NCBI GenBank assembly: GCA_017559855.1
Contig: JAFYQP010000016.1
Span: forward strand, 4,509-68,508
DNA length: 64,000 nucleotides
Direction: 5' to 3'
DNA from: Clostridia bacterium
GTDB lineage: Bacteria > Bacillota > Clostridia > Oscillospirales > JAAYXM01
Notes under the pieces: model-generated
What the model was told of the DNA's origin: nothing
Databases searched by the model: none
Seen by the model: only the letters and a program-made list of their open reading frames with translations
Position numbers and translations under genes: made by a program
In this document: piece by piece, positions 21,224 through 30,079 of the stretch
Position numbering within the stretch: the stretch's first letter is position 1
Layout: each line of letters begins with the position of its first letter

Positions 21224-23344
21224 ATGGATTTTATCTCTGTTTTATCAAAGGAATTTAACCTCAATCCCCAACACGTCGAGAACATTATTAACCTGATTGA
21301 CGAGGGCAACACACTCCCGTTTATCGCTCGATACCGCAAGGAACTTACCGGTAGTATCGACGACCAGGTGCTTCGTGAATTTGCCGATAGATTAAACTAT
21401 CTCCGCAATCTTGAAAAACGTCGTGAAGAGATTATAAACAGCATTACCGAGCAGGAGAAGATGACCGACGAACTTCTTGGGGAAATCAATTCTGCAATTA
21501 CACTCACCGCCCTCGAGGACTTATACCGTCCATACCGTCCCAAAAGACGTACTCGTGCAACAATTGCAAAAGAACGTGGACTTGATCCCCTTGCAGATTT
21601 TATTCTTGCACAACAAGTTTCCGAAGATGAACTCTATACCGAGGCGGAAAAGTACATTGACGAAGAAAAAGAAGTTGCCGACGTTGATGCTGCACTTGCA
21701 GGTGCTTCCGATATTATTGCTGAAATTTTATCCGACGATGCGAAAATCAGAGATGCACTCCGTAAAATGTTAAATAAATTTGCAACACTTGAAGTTCGTG
21801 CTGCAAAAGAGGAAGACTCAGTATATCGTATGTACTACGAATATGACGAACCTGTTTCAAAGGTGCAAAGTCATCGGATTCTTGCAATCAACAGAGGCGA
21901 ACGTGAGGACTTTTTAAAAGTTGCCGTCAGGTGTGAACCGCCTCGTGCGATAGGAATAATCTTCTCGTCGGTTGCTCGTCTTGATTGTCAATACCCAACA
22001 TTTATCCGCACTATTTGCGAAGATGCGTGGTCTCGACTTATCTTCCCGTCACTTGAGCGTGAAATAAGAAACACATTAACCGACATTGCAAATGAACAAG
22101 CCATAAAGATGTTCGGCATGAACTTGTCACAACTTCTTATGCAGCCGCCGGTTAAAGGTCACACGGTTATGGGTGTTGACCCTGCATATCGTACGGGTTG
22201 TAAGATTGCTGTAGTAGATAAGACAGGTAAGGTTCTTGACACAACCGTCATCTACCCCACGCCGCCTCAGAATAAAACTCAAGAAGCGAAGGCTATTCTT
22301 TCCAAACTTGTAAAGAAACACAACGTCGAGATATTCTCCATCGGCAACGGTACTGCGTCTAAAGAAACCGAGATTTTTATAAGCGACCTTGTTCGAGAAC
22401 TTGACTGCGGACTCCAATATATGGTGGTAAATGAAGCAGGTGCGTCCGTTTATTCTGCATCTAAACTTGCAGCGGCAGAATTTCCTGATTTTGACGTTTC
22501 CTTACGAAGTGCGGTTTCCATTGCCAGAAGACTTCAGGATCCACTTGCAGAACTTGTAAAAATCGATCCGAAATCCATTGGTGTCGGTCAGTATCAGCAC
22601 GATATGCCCCCTGCACGTCTTGATGAAACCCTAGGCGGAGTTGTTGAAGATTGCGTTAACGGTGTAGGTGTTGACCTTAACACCGCCTCTGCTCCCCTTT
22701 TGTCCTACGTATCCGGTATTTCTTCTGCAGTTGCAAAGAACATTGTCGCATATCGTGAAGAAAACGGTGCATTTACTACCCGTGCTACGCTTAAAAAAGT
22801 TCCGAAACTTGGACCGAAGGCATATGAGCAATGTGCCGGCTTCATGCGTATTCCCGAAAGCAAGAACATTCTTGACAATACGGGTGTGCATCCGGAATCA
22901 TATGATGCTGCAAAGATAATCCTTTCGAAGGCAAAGACTCCCGATGAAATCGATGCACTTCTTAAAGAATGTGGCAGTGCAGCCCTTGCCGAAGAGTGCG
23001 GTGTCGGTATCCCCACCCTTCTTGACATTGTAAAAGAACTAAAAAAGCCCGGCCGTGACCCACGTGACGAACTTCCGCAGCCACTCCTTCGCACCGACGT
23101 TATGGATATGAATGATTTAAAACCCGGTATGGAACTCACCGGCACCGTGCGAAACGTTATAGATTTCGGTGCATTTATCGACATCGGTGTACATCAGGAC
23201 GGTCTTGTGCACATATCCCAGATATGCGACCGCTTTATAAGACACCCGTCTGAAGTTCTCAAAGTTGGTGACATTGTAAAGGTATGGGTGCTTGAAGTAG
23301 ATCCCGGCAAAAAGCGAATTTCCCTTACAATGAAGCAAAAATAG
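21224..23344 (+). CDS. tex: Tex-like transcription accessory protein (YqgF, HhH and S1 domains)
   Basis: N-terminal IARYRKE, a YqgF-like core and a C-terminal S1 domain (GTVRNVIDFGAFIDIG). The start is at ATG 21224, downstream of the promoter. The track ORF extension 21002-21223 is AT-rich leader. Confidence 0.9.
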   Translation: MDFISVLSKEFNLNPQHVENIINLIDEGNTLPFIARYRKELTGSIDDQVLREFADRLNYLRNLEKRREEIINSITEQEKMTDELLGEINSAITLTALEDLYRPYRPKRRTRATIAKERGLDPLADFILAQQVSEDELYTEAEKYIDEEKEVADVDAALAGASDIIAEILSDDAKIRDALRKMLNKFATLEVRAAKEEDSVYRMYYEYDEPVSKVQSHRILAINRGEREDFLKVAVRCEPPRAIGIIFSSVARLDCQYPTFIRTICEDAWSRLIFPSLEREIRNTLTDIANEQAIKMFGMNLSQLLMQPPVKGHTVMGVDPAYRTGCKIAVVDKTGKVLDTTVIYPTPPQNKTQEAKAILSKLVKKHNVEIFSIGNGTASKETEIFISDLVRELDCGLQYMVVNEAGASVYSASKLAAAEFPDFDVSLRSAVSIARRLQDPLAELVKIDPKSIGVGQYQHDMPPARLDETLGGVVEDCVNGVGVDLNTASAPLLSYVSGISSAVAKNIVAYREENGAFTTRATLKKVPKLGPKAYEQCAGFMRIPESKNILDNTGVHPESYDAAKIILSKAKTPDEIDALLKECGSAALAEECGVGIPTLLDIVKELKKPGRDPRDELPQPLLRTDVMDMNDLKPGMELTGTVRNVIDFGAFIDIGVHQDGLVHISQICDRFIRHPSEVLKVGDIVKVWVLEVDPGKKRISLTMKQK

Positions 23345-23442
23345 TATAATATGCAATGTTTTTCGTAAAAATCACAAAGTTTTTAAAATATCGCTATGAT
23401 ATTCTAAAAATATAAACTATACCAAAAATGGAGGTTTTTGAA

Positions 23443-24774
23443 ATGGCAAATTTAGCATTACTTGGCGGCGAAAAGACCGTCACTCTCGATTACGAGAAAG
23501 TTGGTAATTTACCTATTGTCGGTGCAAAAGCAAAGGCTGCAGTTAACGAAGTTATGGACAGAGACGAAATTTCTCTCTCCCCCATTGTTCAGGAATTTGA
23601 GAAAAAATTCTGCAAGTACGTTGGTGCAGAGTATGGTATCTGCTTATCCAATGGTACTTCCTGTCTTCAGGCTGCACTCTTCGGTTGTGGCGTAGGCCCC
23701 GGCGATGAAGTTATCGTTCCCAGCTACACTTTCTGGGCTTCTGCTGCTCCTATCGTTGCTACCAATGCTGTTCCGGTTTTCTGTGAAGTTAACCCCGATA
23801 CCCACTGTATCGATCCGGTTGACGTTGAGAAACGCATCACCAAGAAGACCAAGGCTATCATGTGTGTTCACGTTTGGGGTAACCCCTGCGATATGGATGC
23901 TATCATGGCTATCGCTAAGAAGTATGACCTTAAGGTTGTTGAGGACTGCTCACATGCACACGGTGCTATGTACAAGGGCAAGAAGGTTGGTACCATCGGT
24001 GATGTTGGTTGCTTCAGCTTACAGGGTTCCAAGATCCTTGTTGCAGGTGAAGGCGGTATCTTAGTTACCAATAACCGTGAATACTATGAGCGTGCTACCG
24101 CACTTGGTTCCTACGAGCGTCTCGGCTCTTTACCGGATGATTCTAACTACAAGCAGTATGCTCTTACCGGTATGGGCCACAAGTTCCGTCCGCATCCGCT
24201 CGGTATTGCTATCGCTAATGCTCAGCTTGATGAGTTAGATGAGAGAAATGCAGTACGTAACGGAAACGCTAAGTACTTTGAGGAATTAATCGCTGATATC
24301 GACTTTATCAAGATTCAGGATACATACGAAAACTGCGAGAAGATGTATTCTTACCACTATGCTCGTTATGACCACGAGAAGTTCGGCGGCATCCGCCTTG
24401 TTACTCTCTTAAAGGCTCTTGCTGCTGAGGGTGTTACCTGTGGTCTTTGTGGTTATGGTCGTCTCCACCAGGCTCCGCTCTTTACTAAGGGCGACGTATT
24501 CGGCAAGGGTTGTCCGGTTAAGTGCCCCTACGCTGACGAGAATCGCACAAGCGAAGGTTTAGAACTTCCGGTTACCGAGTATCTTGCTGATGCATCTTTC
24601 ATGCTTGCTCCCCGTTTTGAGCAGCCCTGCAAGGAACTCATCGAGCAGTTCTCCGCTGCATACCACAAGGTTGCTGCAAATCTCGATGAACTCAAGGCAT
24701 ATGAAGTTGAGCACGAGGAAGAACTCAAAAACTACAAGCCCAAGAGCGGACGTAGTATCAACATCTTCAGATAA
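23443..24774 (+). CDS. DegT/DnrJ/EryC1/StrS family PLP aminotransferase
   Basis: Fold-type I sugar-aminotransferase motifs are present (EFEKKFCKYVGAEYG, SLQGSKILVAGEGG). The start is ATG 23443 behind GGAGG. Confidence 0.8.
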   Translation: MANLALLGGEKTVTLDYEKVGNLPIVGAKAKAAVNEVMDRDEISLSPIVQEFEKKFCKYVGAEYGICLSNGTSCLQAALFGCGVGPGDEVIVPSYTFWASAAPIVATNAVPVFCEVNPDTHCIDPVDVEKRITKKTKAIMCVHVWGNPCDMDAIMAIAKKYDLKVVEDCSHAHGAMYKGKKVGTIGDVGCFSLQGSKILVAGEGGILVTNNREYYERATALGSYERLGSLPDDSNYKQYALTGMGHKFRPHPLGIAIANAQLDELDERNAVRNGNAKYFEELIADIDFIKIQDTYENCEKMYSYHYARYDHEKFGGIRLVTLLKALAAEGVTCGLCGYGRLHQAPLFTKGDVFGKGCPVKCPYADENRTSEGLELPVTEYLADASFMLAPRFEQPCKELIEQFSAAYHKVAANLDELKAYEVEHEEELKNYKPKSGRSINIFR

Positions 24775-24787
24775 TAAGTTGCAAATT

Positions 24788-24822
24788 AAAAGACCGAGCG
24801 GTTTTACCGCTCGGTCTTTTTT
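24788..24822. terminator. Bidirectional terminator between the DegT-like gene and hslO
   Basis: Stem aaaagaccgagcgg/ccgctcggtctttt with a tttta loop. Confidence 0.85.
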
Positions 24823-24823
24823 A

Positions 24824-25705
24824 TTATTTTGCCTTTTTAATTAATTCATCAATGTCCTCAGGGGTAAATTTATAAACGGCGTCGCAGAATTGGCAGGTTA
24901 CCTCACTTACCTTACCGTCATCACGAATCTCCTGCAGATCCTTTACACCGATACTTATAAGAACCTTTTCCGTACGTTCACGGGAACAATAGCAGCGATA
25001 CTCAGCAGGATTTTCTTCCAGGAATTTAACCTCGAAACCGTCAAGCACTTCAAGCATTATATCCTTCATTGAAGCACCTTCGCTCAATCTTGACGTAATC
25101 GCCTTGCATTTTGATAAATTTTCTTCAAGTTTTGTGATAAGGCTATCCTCCGCACCCGGCATAAGAGATAATATATATCCTCCTGCCGCAAGTACAGAAT
25201 AGTCACGGTCAACAAGAACGCCCAATGCACATGCACTAGGTACTTGCTCACTTTCTGCAAGATATTTTGTTATATCTTCGGCAATCTCACCCGTGGCAAG
25301 TTCAATTTGTCCAACATACGGCTCACCAATACCAATGTCCTTTATTATAACAAGAGAACCATCTGAGCCAACTGCACCGGAAACATCCAATTTACCGTCA
25401 CTTTCGCGGAGAGGTAAATCCACCTGTGGACGTGCACAGTAACCTCGAACATTTCCCGACTCATCACTTGTAACGATTATATTGCCGATAGGTCCGCCTC
25501 CACGCACCTGCACGGTGAGTGAGTTACCATCGCCTTTTAAATCATTTCCAAGCAAGGATGTTGCAAGAAGCGTTCTACCAAGTGCGGCAGTCGCTACCGG
25601 TGACGTTTGGTGGATTTGTCTTGCACGCTCGACTATATCACGACCTTCGATGGCTGCAAATTTTACCATTCCATCATTTGTCATTCCTCTGATTATTGTT
25701 CCCAT
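24824..25705 (-). CDS. hslO: Hsp33 family redox-regulated chaperone
   Basis: Hsp33 core plus the C-terminal zinc centre CYCS...CQFC. Confidence 0.9.
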   Translation of the reverse strand: MGTIIRGMTNDGMVKFAAIEGRDIVERARQIHQTSPVATAALGRTLLATSLLGNDLKGDGNSLTVQVRGGGPIGNIIVTSDESGNVRGYCARPQVDLPLRESDGKLDVSGAVGSDGSLVIIKDIGIGEPYVGQIELATGEIAEDITKYLAESEQVPSACALGVLVDRDYSVLAAGGYILSLMPGAEDSLITKLEENLSKCKAITSRLSEGASMKDIMLEVLDGFEVKFLEENPAEYRCYCSRERTEKVLISIGVKDLQEIRDDGKVSEVTCQFCDAVYKFTPEDIDELIKKAK

Positions 25706-25708
25706 TTT

Positions 25709-26446
25709 CTATTCCCTCTCTATTACCCAAAACACACGCTCTGACGTGTTCGTTACATCTTCAAAACTAAGTTCATCATACTTTGCAACAAGTTTAAAAC
25801 CTGCATTTTCAAACGCATTTCTTATCTCATGATCTGTATGTGCACGTTCAATATGCTCCTCTTGACTTCTCTGCCACAGATCACCCACACAATTAAAGAT
25901 ATCCATTGTCATACGGCATATGCTGTTCTCAAAATCCGCACTCCATGCACAGAAATAGTCTGCCTCGTCCCTTATGTATGACATACCATTCATTTTATTA
26001 AACTTAAACTCGGTATTAACATCAAAAATAACAATTCCACCCGGTCTCACAAAGTATTTAAGGCGGTCGAAGGTGGCGTTTAGTGCATCAACACTCAAGA
26101 GATAATTCAGACTATCCAAAGAACATATTACCGCGTCCATAGTGCCGTAGAGGTCGAGTTCTTCCATTGTCTGACATAGAAAAAGCGGCTGATTATCGCA
26201 CAACTCACCCGCTTTTTGCATTGCAACAGAAAGCATTTCGGGTGAGGCATCAACTGAAGTCATATCATAGCCACGATTTGAAAGTTCAATACTGAGAGTG
26301 CCCGTGCCACAAGCAAGATCCAATACCAACTCCGGCTTTATATTATGAACTTTAAAAATCTGTTCGTAATAGTCCGCCCAGAGTTTATAGTTTACATCTG
26401 TCGTGAAAAGGTCATAACTTTCCGCCAGGGATTCATAACTACTCAT
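25709..26446 (-). CDS. Class I SAM-dependent methyltransferase
   Basis: Motif I VLDLACGTGTLS and a Rossmann-type layout. The substrate is unknown. Confidence 0.75.
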   Translation of the reverse strand: MSSYESLAESYDLFTTDVNYKLWADYYEQIFKVHNIKPELVLDLACGTGTLSIELSNRGYDMTSVDASPEMLSVAMQKAGELCDNQPLFLCQTMEELDLYGTMDAVICSLDSLNYLLSVDALNATFDRLKYFVRPGGIVIFDVNTEFKFNKMNGMSYIRDEADYFCAWSADFENSICRMTMDIFNCVGDLWQRSQEEHIERAHTDHEIRNAFENAGFKLVAKYDELSFEDVTNTSERVFWVIERE

Positions 26447-26738
26447 CTGTGTTGTCTCCCTGTTTTGATATTACAGACTTATAACCGTCTTCGCCATAAC
26501 TGAGTGCACGGTTAACACGGCTTATTGTTGCGGTAGACGCACCGGTTTTAGCAACAATCTCACTATAAACCTTACCTTCTGATAAAAGTCGCGCTACGTG
26601 GTAGCGTTGTACCATAGACTCAAGTTCCTTAATCGTACATAAGTCAAGAAAAAAGTCACGACATTCATTGCTACTTTCAAGCGAACTTATTGCTTCAAAG
26701 AAAAGTTTTGCTTGTTTATCATTAAAAAGTTCCGCCAT
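26439..26738 (-). CDS. YerC/YecD family TrpR-like DNA-binding protein
   Basis: A 99-aa protein with LCTIKELESMVQRYHVARLL...GASTATISRVNRAL, the Trp-repressor-like HTH. Confidence 0.75.
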   Translation of the reverse strand: MAELFNDKQAKLFFEAISSLESSNECRDFFLDLCTIKELESMVQRYHVARLLSEGKVYSEIVAKTGASTATISRVNRALSYGEDGYKSVISKQGDNTDE

Positions 26739-26800
26739 TATATTCCACAGCTCCTTTTTTATTATCTTATTTAGAGTTTATCACACTAAATTGTAAAAGT

Positions 26801-26830
26801 AAAGAAAAACGCACGAAAAACGTGCGTTAA
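26801..26830 (-). terminator. Rho-independent terminator after the small-peptide pair
   Basis: Stem aacgcacg/cgtgcgtt with a 5-nt loop is followed on the minus strand by a T-rich run. Confidence 0.75.
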
Positions 26831-26833
26831 TTC

Positions 26834-26914
26834 CTATGTATTTTTTGTAATCCCAAAGATTTTGCCGAGTATGCTGCCGATTGTTTTAGGCGATTTCCAG
26901 ATAACGATTTTCAT
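26834..26914 (-). CDS. spoVM: 26-aa amphipathic peptide resembling stage V sporulation protein M (not in the ORF track)
   Basis: My own translation is MKIVIWKSPKTIGSILGKIFGITKNT. It has the same length as B. subtilis SpoVM as I recall it (MKFYTIKLPKFLGGIVRAMLGSFRKD). It shares M1, K2, K7, P9, K10, G13, I15 and G21. A strong AGGAGG sits 6 nt upstream. Confidence 0.5.
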   Translation of the reverse strand: MKIVIWKSPKTIGSILGKIFGITKNT

Positions 26915-26924
26915 ATATATCCTC

Positions 26925-27074
26925 CTAGCATCCGAAGATTATACTTGCACCTATTATTATACACACGATACAAGCAACAAAAAGGAGGAAGGTGCTCGGC
27001 ATAATCACGCCAAAAAGAAGTCCCGTTATAAACGCAACACTAACACATATAGTGCGATTTGATTTGCCTGACAT
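26925..27074 (-). CDS. 49-aa Cys-rich two-TM membrane peptide, translationally coupled to the SpoVM-like ORF (not in the ORF track)
   Basis: My own translation is MSGKSNRTICVSVAFITGLLFGVIMPSTFLLFVACIVCIIIGASIIFGC. AAAGGAGG lies 8 nt upstream, and its TAG stop overlaps the ribosome-binding site of the next ORF. Confidence 0.45.
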   Translation of the reverse strand: MSGKSNRTICVSVAFITGLLFGVIMPSTFLLFVACIVCIIIGASIIFGC

Positions 27075-27096
27075 ATACCACGCCTCCTTTCACTTT

Positions 27097-27125
27097 ATTA
27101 TATGTAAAAGGATAAAACCGGTGAA
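27097..27125 (-). promoter_or_regulatory. Possible promoter TTCACC-17-TATAAT (CATATAAT -10) for the small-peptide operon
   Basis: The hexamers were read on the minus strand. The leader would be very short because the transcription start falls near the ribosome-binding site, so this is tentative. Confidence 0.3.
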
Positions 27126-27153
27126 TAAAAAGCGTTGAGTATCTCAACGCTTT
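27124..27153 (-). terminator. Terminator of the his-rlmA transcription unit
   Basis: Stem agcgttgag/ctcaacgct contains the rlmA stop codon. A T-run follows on the minus strand. Confidence 0.7.
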
Positions 27154-27929
27154 TTGTATTCAAGGATTCTAAAGGATATAGGCGTTACTAGTTTTTGCAA
27201 AGTGCCAAGTTTTGATACCGCATCACGGGGTGTACGCCAAAAATATGGTGTCATACTGAAAAGATCCAAAATTTCATCGTTTGAATTCAGATTAATTGCA
27301 AAGTCAACGCAATCACGGGATACCAGATCAAAGCCCGGTAAATCATACCCTTTTTCATCATTTAAGTATGGCTTTTCATACAGCATCTCTTTCAATCCAA
27401 AGAGATGTTTTTCTCCCGGAATTACCGCAACCACACGTTTTGCCACTCTATAAAACTCATTAGACGAATACGGTGCAAAAATTGAAGTAATTACGTCGAT
27501 TGAATTATCAAAAACAGGCAAGTCGAATATTGAAGATACGCAATAAAGTCCTTGTTTATCACGCTTGGATGCACGAAGAACGGCATCTTTTGATAAATCA
27601 ACACCTATAGTTTCTGCCATAAAGGAAAACTCAGAGGTATAATACCCCTCACCCGCACCCGCATCAAGCAAAGTCTCAGGCGATATTTCTTTCACTTTTG
27701 AAACGAGAGCAGTTCTAAGCGGTGCGTAGTACCCCGCATCCAAAAATCTACGGCGTGACAGAACCATATCACGACTGTCGCCCGGATCTTTTGTATACTT
27801 ATTTTGAGATAAAAGAAGGTTTAAGTAACCGGATGCAGCACGGTCGAAGCGATGACCTAAGGCACACTCCGCCATTTTCTCCGTAACATTAAGTTCCCCA
27901 CCGCAAACCGGACATTTAAGTTTTAGCAT
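27144..27929 (-). CDS. rlmA: 23S rRNA (guanine-N1)-methyltransferase RlmA family
   Basis: N-terminal zinc finger CPVCGGEL...C..GHRFD..ASGYLNLL followed by a SAM MTase domain (LDAGAGEGYY). Confidence 0.75.
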   Translation of the reverse strand: MLKLKCPVCGGELNVTEKMAECALGHRFDRAASGYLNLLLSQNKYTKDPGDSRDMVLSRRRFLDAGYYAPLRTALVSKVKEISPETLLDAGAGEGYYTSEFSFMAETIGVDLSKDAVLRASKRDKQGLYCVSSIFDLPVFDNSIDVITSIFAPYSSNEFYRVAKRVVAVIPGEKHLFGLKEMLYEKPYLNDEKGYDLPGFDLVSRDCVDFAINLNSNDEILDLFSMTPYFWRTPRDAVSKLGTLQKLVTPISFRILEYKKR

Positions 27930-28252
27930 TAGGTATTCTTGTCGGTGACACGCATCTGTTTTAAGTTGCCGATTTTCTGTCTTCTATCTTCCAGAACGGC
28001 AATAACGTCCGCAATATCAATGTTACTTTCTGCCATCATTACAAGCAAATGATACAAAAGATCGGAGATTTCCTGAACGGTCTCGTTGTTATCACCGTTT
28101 TTTGCGGCGATAATTGTCTCGCTACACTCCTCGCCTACTTTTTTGAGGATTTTATCCAAACCCTTGTCGAAAAGATAGCAAGTATAGGAGCCTTCCTGGG
28201 GATTTCCCTTGCGGTCAAGTACCACTTCGTATAAACCTTTTAAAACATCCAT
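27929..28252 (-). CDS. hisE: Phosphoribosyl-ATP pyrophosphatase
   Basis: GSYTCYLFDKGLDKILKKVGEECSETIIAAKN...ISDLLYHLLVMM. Confidence 0.9.
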   Translation of the reverse strand: MDVLKGLYEVVLDRKGNPQEGSYTCYLFDKGLDKILKKVGEECSETIIAAKNGDNNETVQEISDLLYHLLVMMAESNIDIADVIAVLEDRRQKIGNLKQMRVTDKNT

Positions 28253-28254
28253 TT

Positions 28255-28578
28255 TTAATTCTCCTTATAAATTTCATTAAAGAAACAACTCTCTCGCCCC
28301 GTGTGACAAGTAGGGCCTTTAGGTGTAGCCAGGATAAGTATTGTATCGTCGTCACAGTCACCGTAAATTTCCCTTACGAAAAGGAAATTACCCGACGTTT
28401 CACCTTTGTTCCACAGTTTATTCCTGCTTCTGCTATAAAACCAAACGGTCTTGGTTTCCAATGTATTTTTAAAAGCCTCCTCGTTTGTATATCCGAGCAT
28501 AAGAACTTTTTTGGTGTCAACGTCCTGAACAATAACGGGGATAAGTTCACTTTTTTTAAAATATTTAGATAAATCCAT
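28255..28578 (-). CDS. hisI: Phosphoribosyl-AMP cyclohydrolase
   Basis: LIPVIVQD...WFYSRSRNKLWNKGETSGN...CDDDT...GPTCHTGRESCF. Confidence 0.9.
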   Translation of the reverse strand: MDLSKYFKKSELIPVIVQDVDTKKVLMLGYTNEEAFKNTLETKTVWFYSRSRNKLWNKGETSGNFLFVREIYGDCDDDTILILATPKGPTCHTGRESCFFNEIYKEN

Positions 28579-28584
28579 AATCTC

Positions 28585-29340
28585 TTACCTCACAGGAATA
28601 TTGTTTCGTCTAAGTTCCTCTTTTACCTGACGGATAGAGAGTTCTCCAAAGTGGAACACACTTGCCGCAAGAGCAGCATCCGCACCCGCTTCATTGAAAA
28701 CCGGTGCAAAGTGTTCCAACTTGCCGCAACCGCCGGAAGCGATAACCGGTATACCTACCGCATCTGATATCGCCCTTGTCATCTCCAAATCGAAGCCGTT
28801 TTTTGTTCCGTCGGCATCGATTGAGTTTAGCATAATTTCACCGGCACCAAGTTTCTCTGCTCTTATTGCCCATTCGATAGCATCAAGTTCTGTAGCGATA
28901 CGTCCGCCGTTTAGGACAACTTCAAAATGTCCGTCATGTGCACGACGAGCATCAATGGCAAGTACAACACACTGACTGCCGAATCTGCGTGCGGCTTTTG
29001 AAATCAAATCCGGATTTCTGACCGCAGCAGAGTTTACCGATATTTTATCCGCACCTGCACGAAGTATTTCGTAAAAGTCATCCTCTGTGCGAATTCCGCC
29101 ACCGACGGTGAGGGGAACAAAAACCTCACGGGCGGTTTTTTCAACAATATCTACAACTGTACGTCTTGCACCGTGTGTCGCCGTTATATCAAGAAATACA
29201 ATCTCATCGGCACCCGCCTCGCTGTATGCACGGGCAAGTTCAACAGGATCCCCCGCATCACGCAGATTGACGAAATTAACACCCTTTACCACACGCCCGT
29301 CATTTACGTCAAGGCACGGTATAATTCTCTTTGCGAGCAT
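28585..29340 (-). CDS. hisF: Imidazole glycerol phosphate synthase cyclase subunit
   Basis: [22 protein letters not shown] and a TIM-barrel HisF pattern. Confidence 0.95.
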   Translation of the reverse strand: MLAKRIIPCLDVNDGRVVKGVNFVNLRDAGDPVELARAYSEAGADEIVFLDITATHGARRTVVDIVEKTAREVFVPLTVGGGIRTEDDFYEILRAGADKISVNSAAVRNPDLISKAARRFGSQCVVLAIDARRAHDGHFEVVLNGGRIATELDAIEWAIRAEKLGAGEIMLNSIDADGTKNGFDLEMTRAISDAVGIPVIASGGCGKLEHFAPVFNEAGADAALAASVFHFGELSIRQVKEELRRNNIPVR

Positions 29341-29354
29341 AAAAGTTTTCTCCT

Positions 29355-30068
29355 TTAATTATATGTCTCACACGCCGCCTTCAGGTCGATTTTACCCGAA
29401 TATAACGTTTTACCCAAGATTGCGGCATCTATTCCGCCATCATCGAGTGCTTTTAAGTCGTCCATGGTAGTAACGCCGCCGGATGCTACAATTTCACAAG
29501 AAACCGCTTTTCTCAATTCGAGAAGTCGTGGCATACACGGACCTGCAAGAGTTCCGTCCGAGTCAATGTCGGTAAAGATTATCGTCTTTACGCCAAATGA
29601 CTCCATCTGTTTTGAAAATTCAATGTAATTAATGCCACTACCTTCAATCCAGCCGCGTGTCTTTACTTCACCGTTTTTGGCATCAATTCCCACGGCAATT
29701 TTATCGCCGTATTTTTTTACCGCCATTTCAACCAAATCCGGATTTTCAACTGCGGCAGAGCCAATAATAACACGTGATACGCCAAGTGCAAGTACCGACT
29801 CTATATCCTCCATGGTTCTAATACCACCGCCAAGTTCAACGGGGATTCCTACCTTATCAATAACCTCTTTTACAACACGGCGGTTCTTTCCCTCACCTGC
29901 AAGTGCACCGTCTAAATCCACCATGTGAAGAAGTTTTGCACCGGCATTAAGAAAACCACGGGCTGTTTCAACCGCACTTTCAGCGACCTTATGTACCGTG
30001 TTAAACTCACCTTTAAGCAGACGAACACACTGCCCGTCTTTTAAATCAATTGCAGGAATTATAAGCAT
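29355..30068 (-). CDS. hisA: ProFAR isomerase
   Basis: [37 protein letters not shown]. Confidence 0.95.
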   Translation of the reverse strand: MLIIPAIDLKDGQCVRLLKGEFNTVHKVAESAVETARGFLNAGAKLLHMVDLDGALAGEGKNRRVVKEVIDKVGIPVELGGGIRTMEDIESVLALGVSRVIIGSAAVENPDLVEMAVKKYGDKIAVGIDAKNGEVKTRGWIEGSGINYIEFSKQMESFGVKTIIFTDIDSDGTLAGPCMPRLLELRKAVSCEIVASGGVTTMDDLKALDDGGIDAAILGKTLYSGKIDLKAACETYN

Positions 30069-30079
30069 ATACGCTGCTC

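Noticed and set aside
22705-23184. A 159-aa minus-strand ORF inside tex. Similar long antisense ORFs lie at 33673-34182, 37181-37687, 49924-50385, 62394-62846 and 5371-5736.
   Set aside because: All lie antisense to genes with strong family motifs. All have biased Ser/Arg/Pro-rich composition and no start context. I treat them as shadow ORFs.
26862-27062. A 66-aa plus-strand track ORF in the rlmA-yerC gap.
   Set aside because: It has no ribosome-binding site and an implausible sequence. The opposite strand carries two ORFs with strong ribosome-binding sites and a terminator: the 49-aa membrane peptide and the SpoVM-like peptide.
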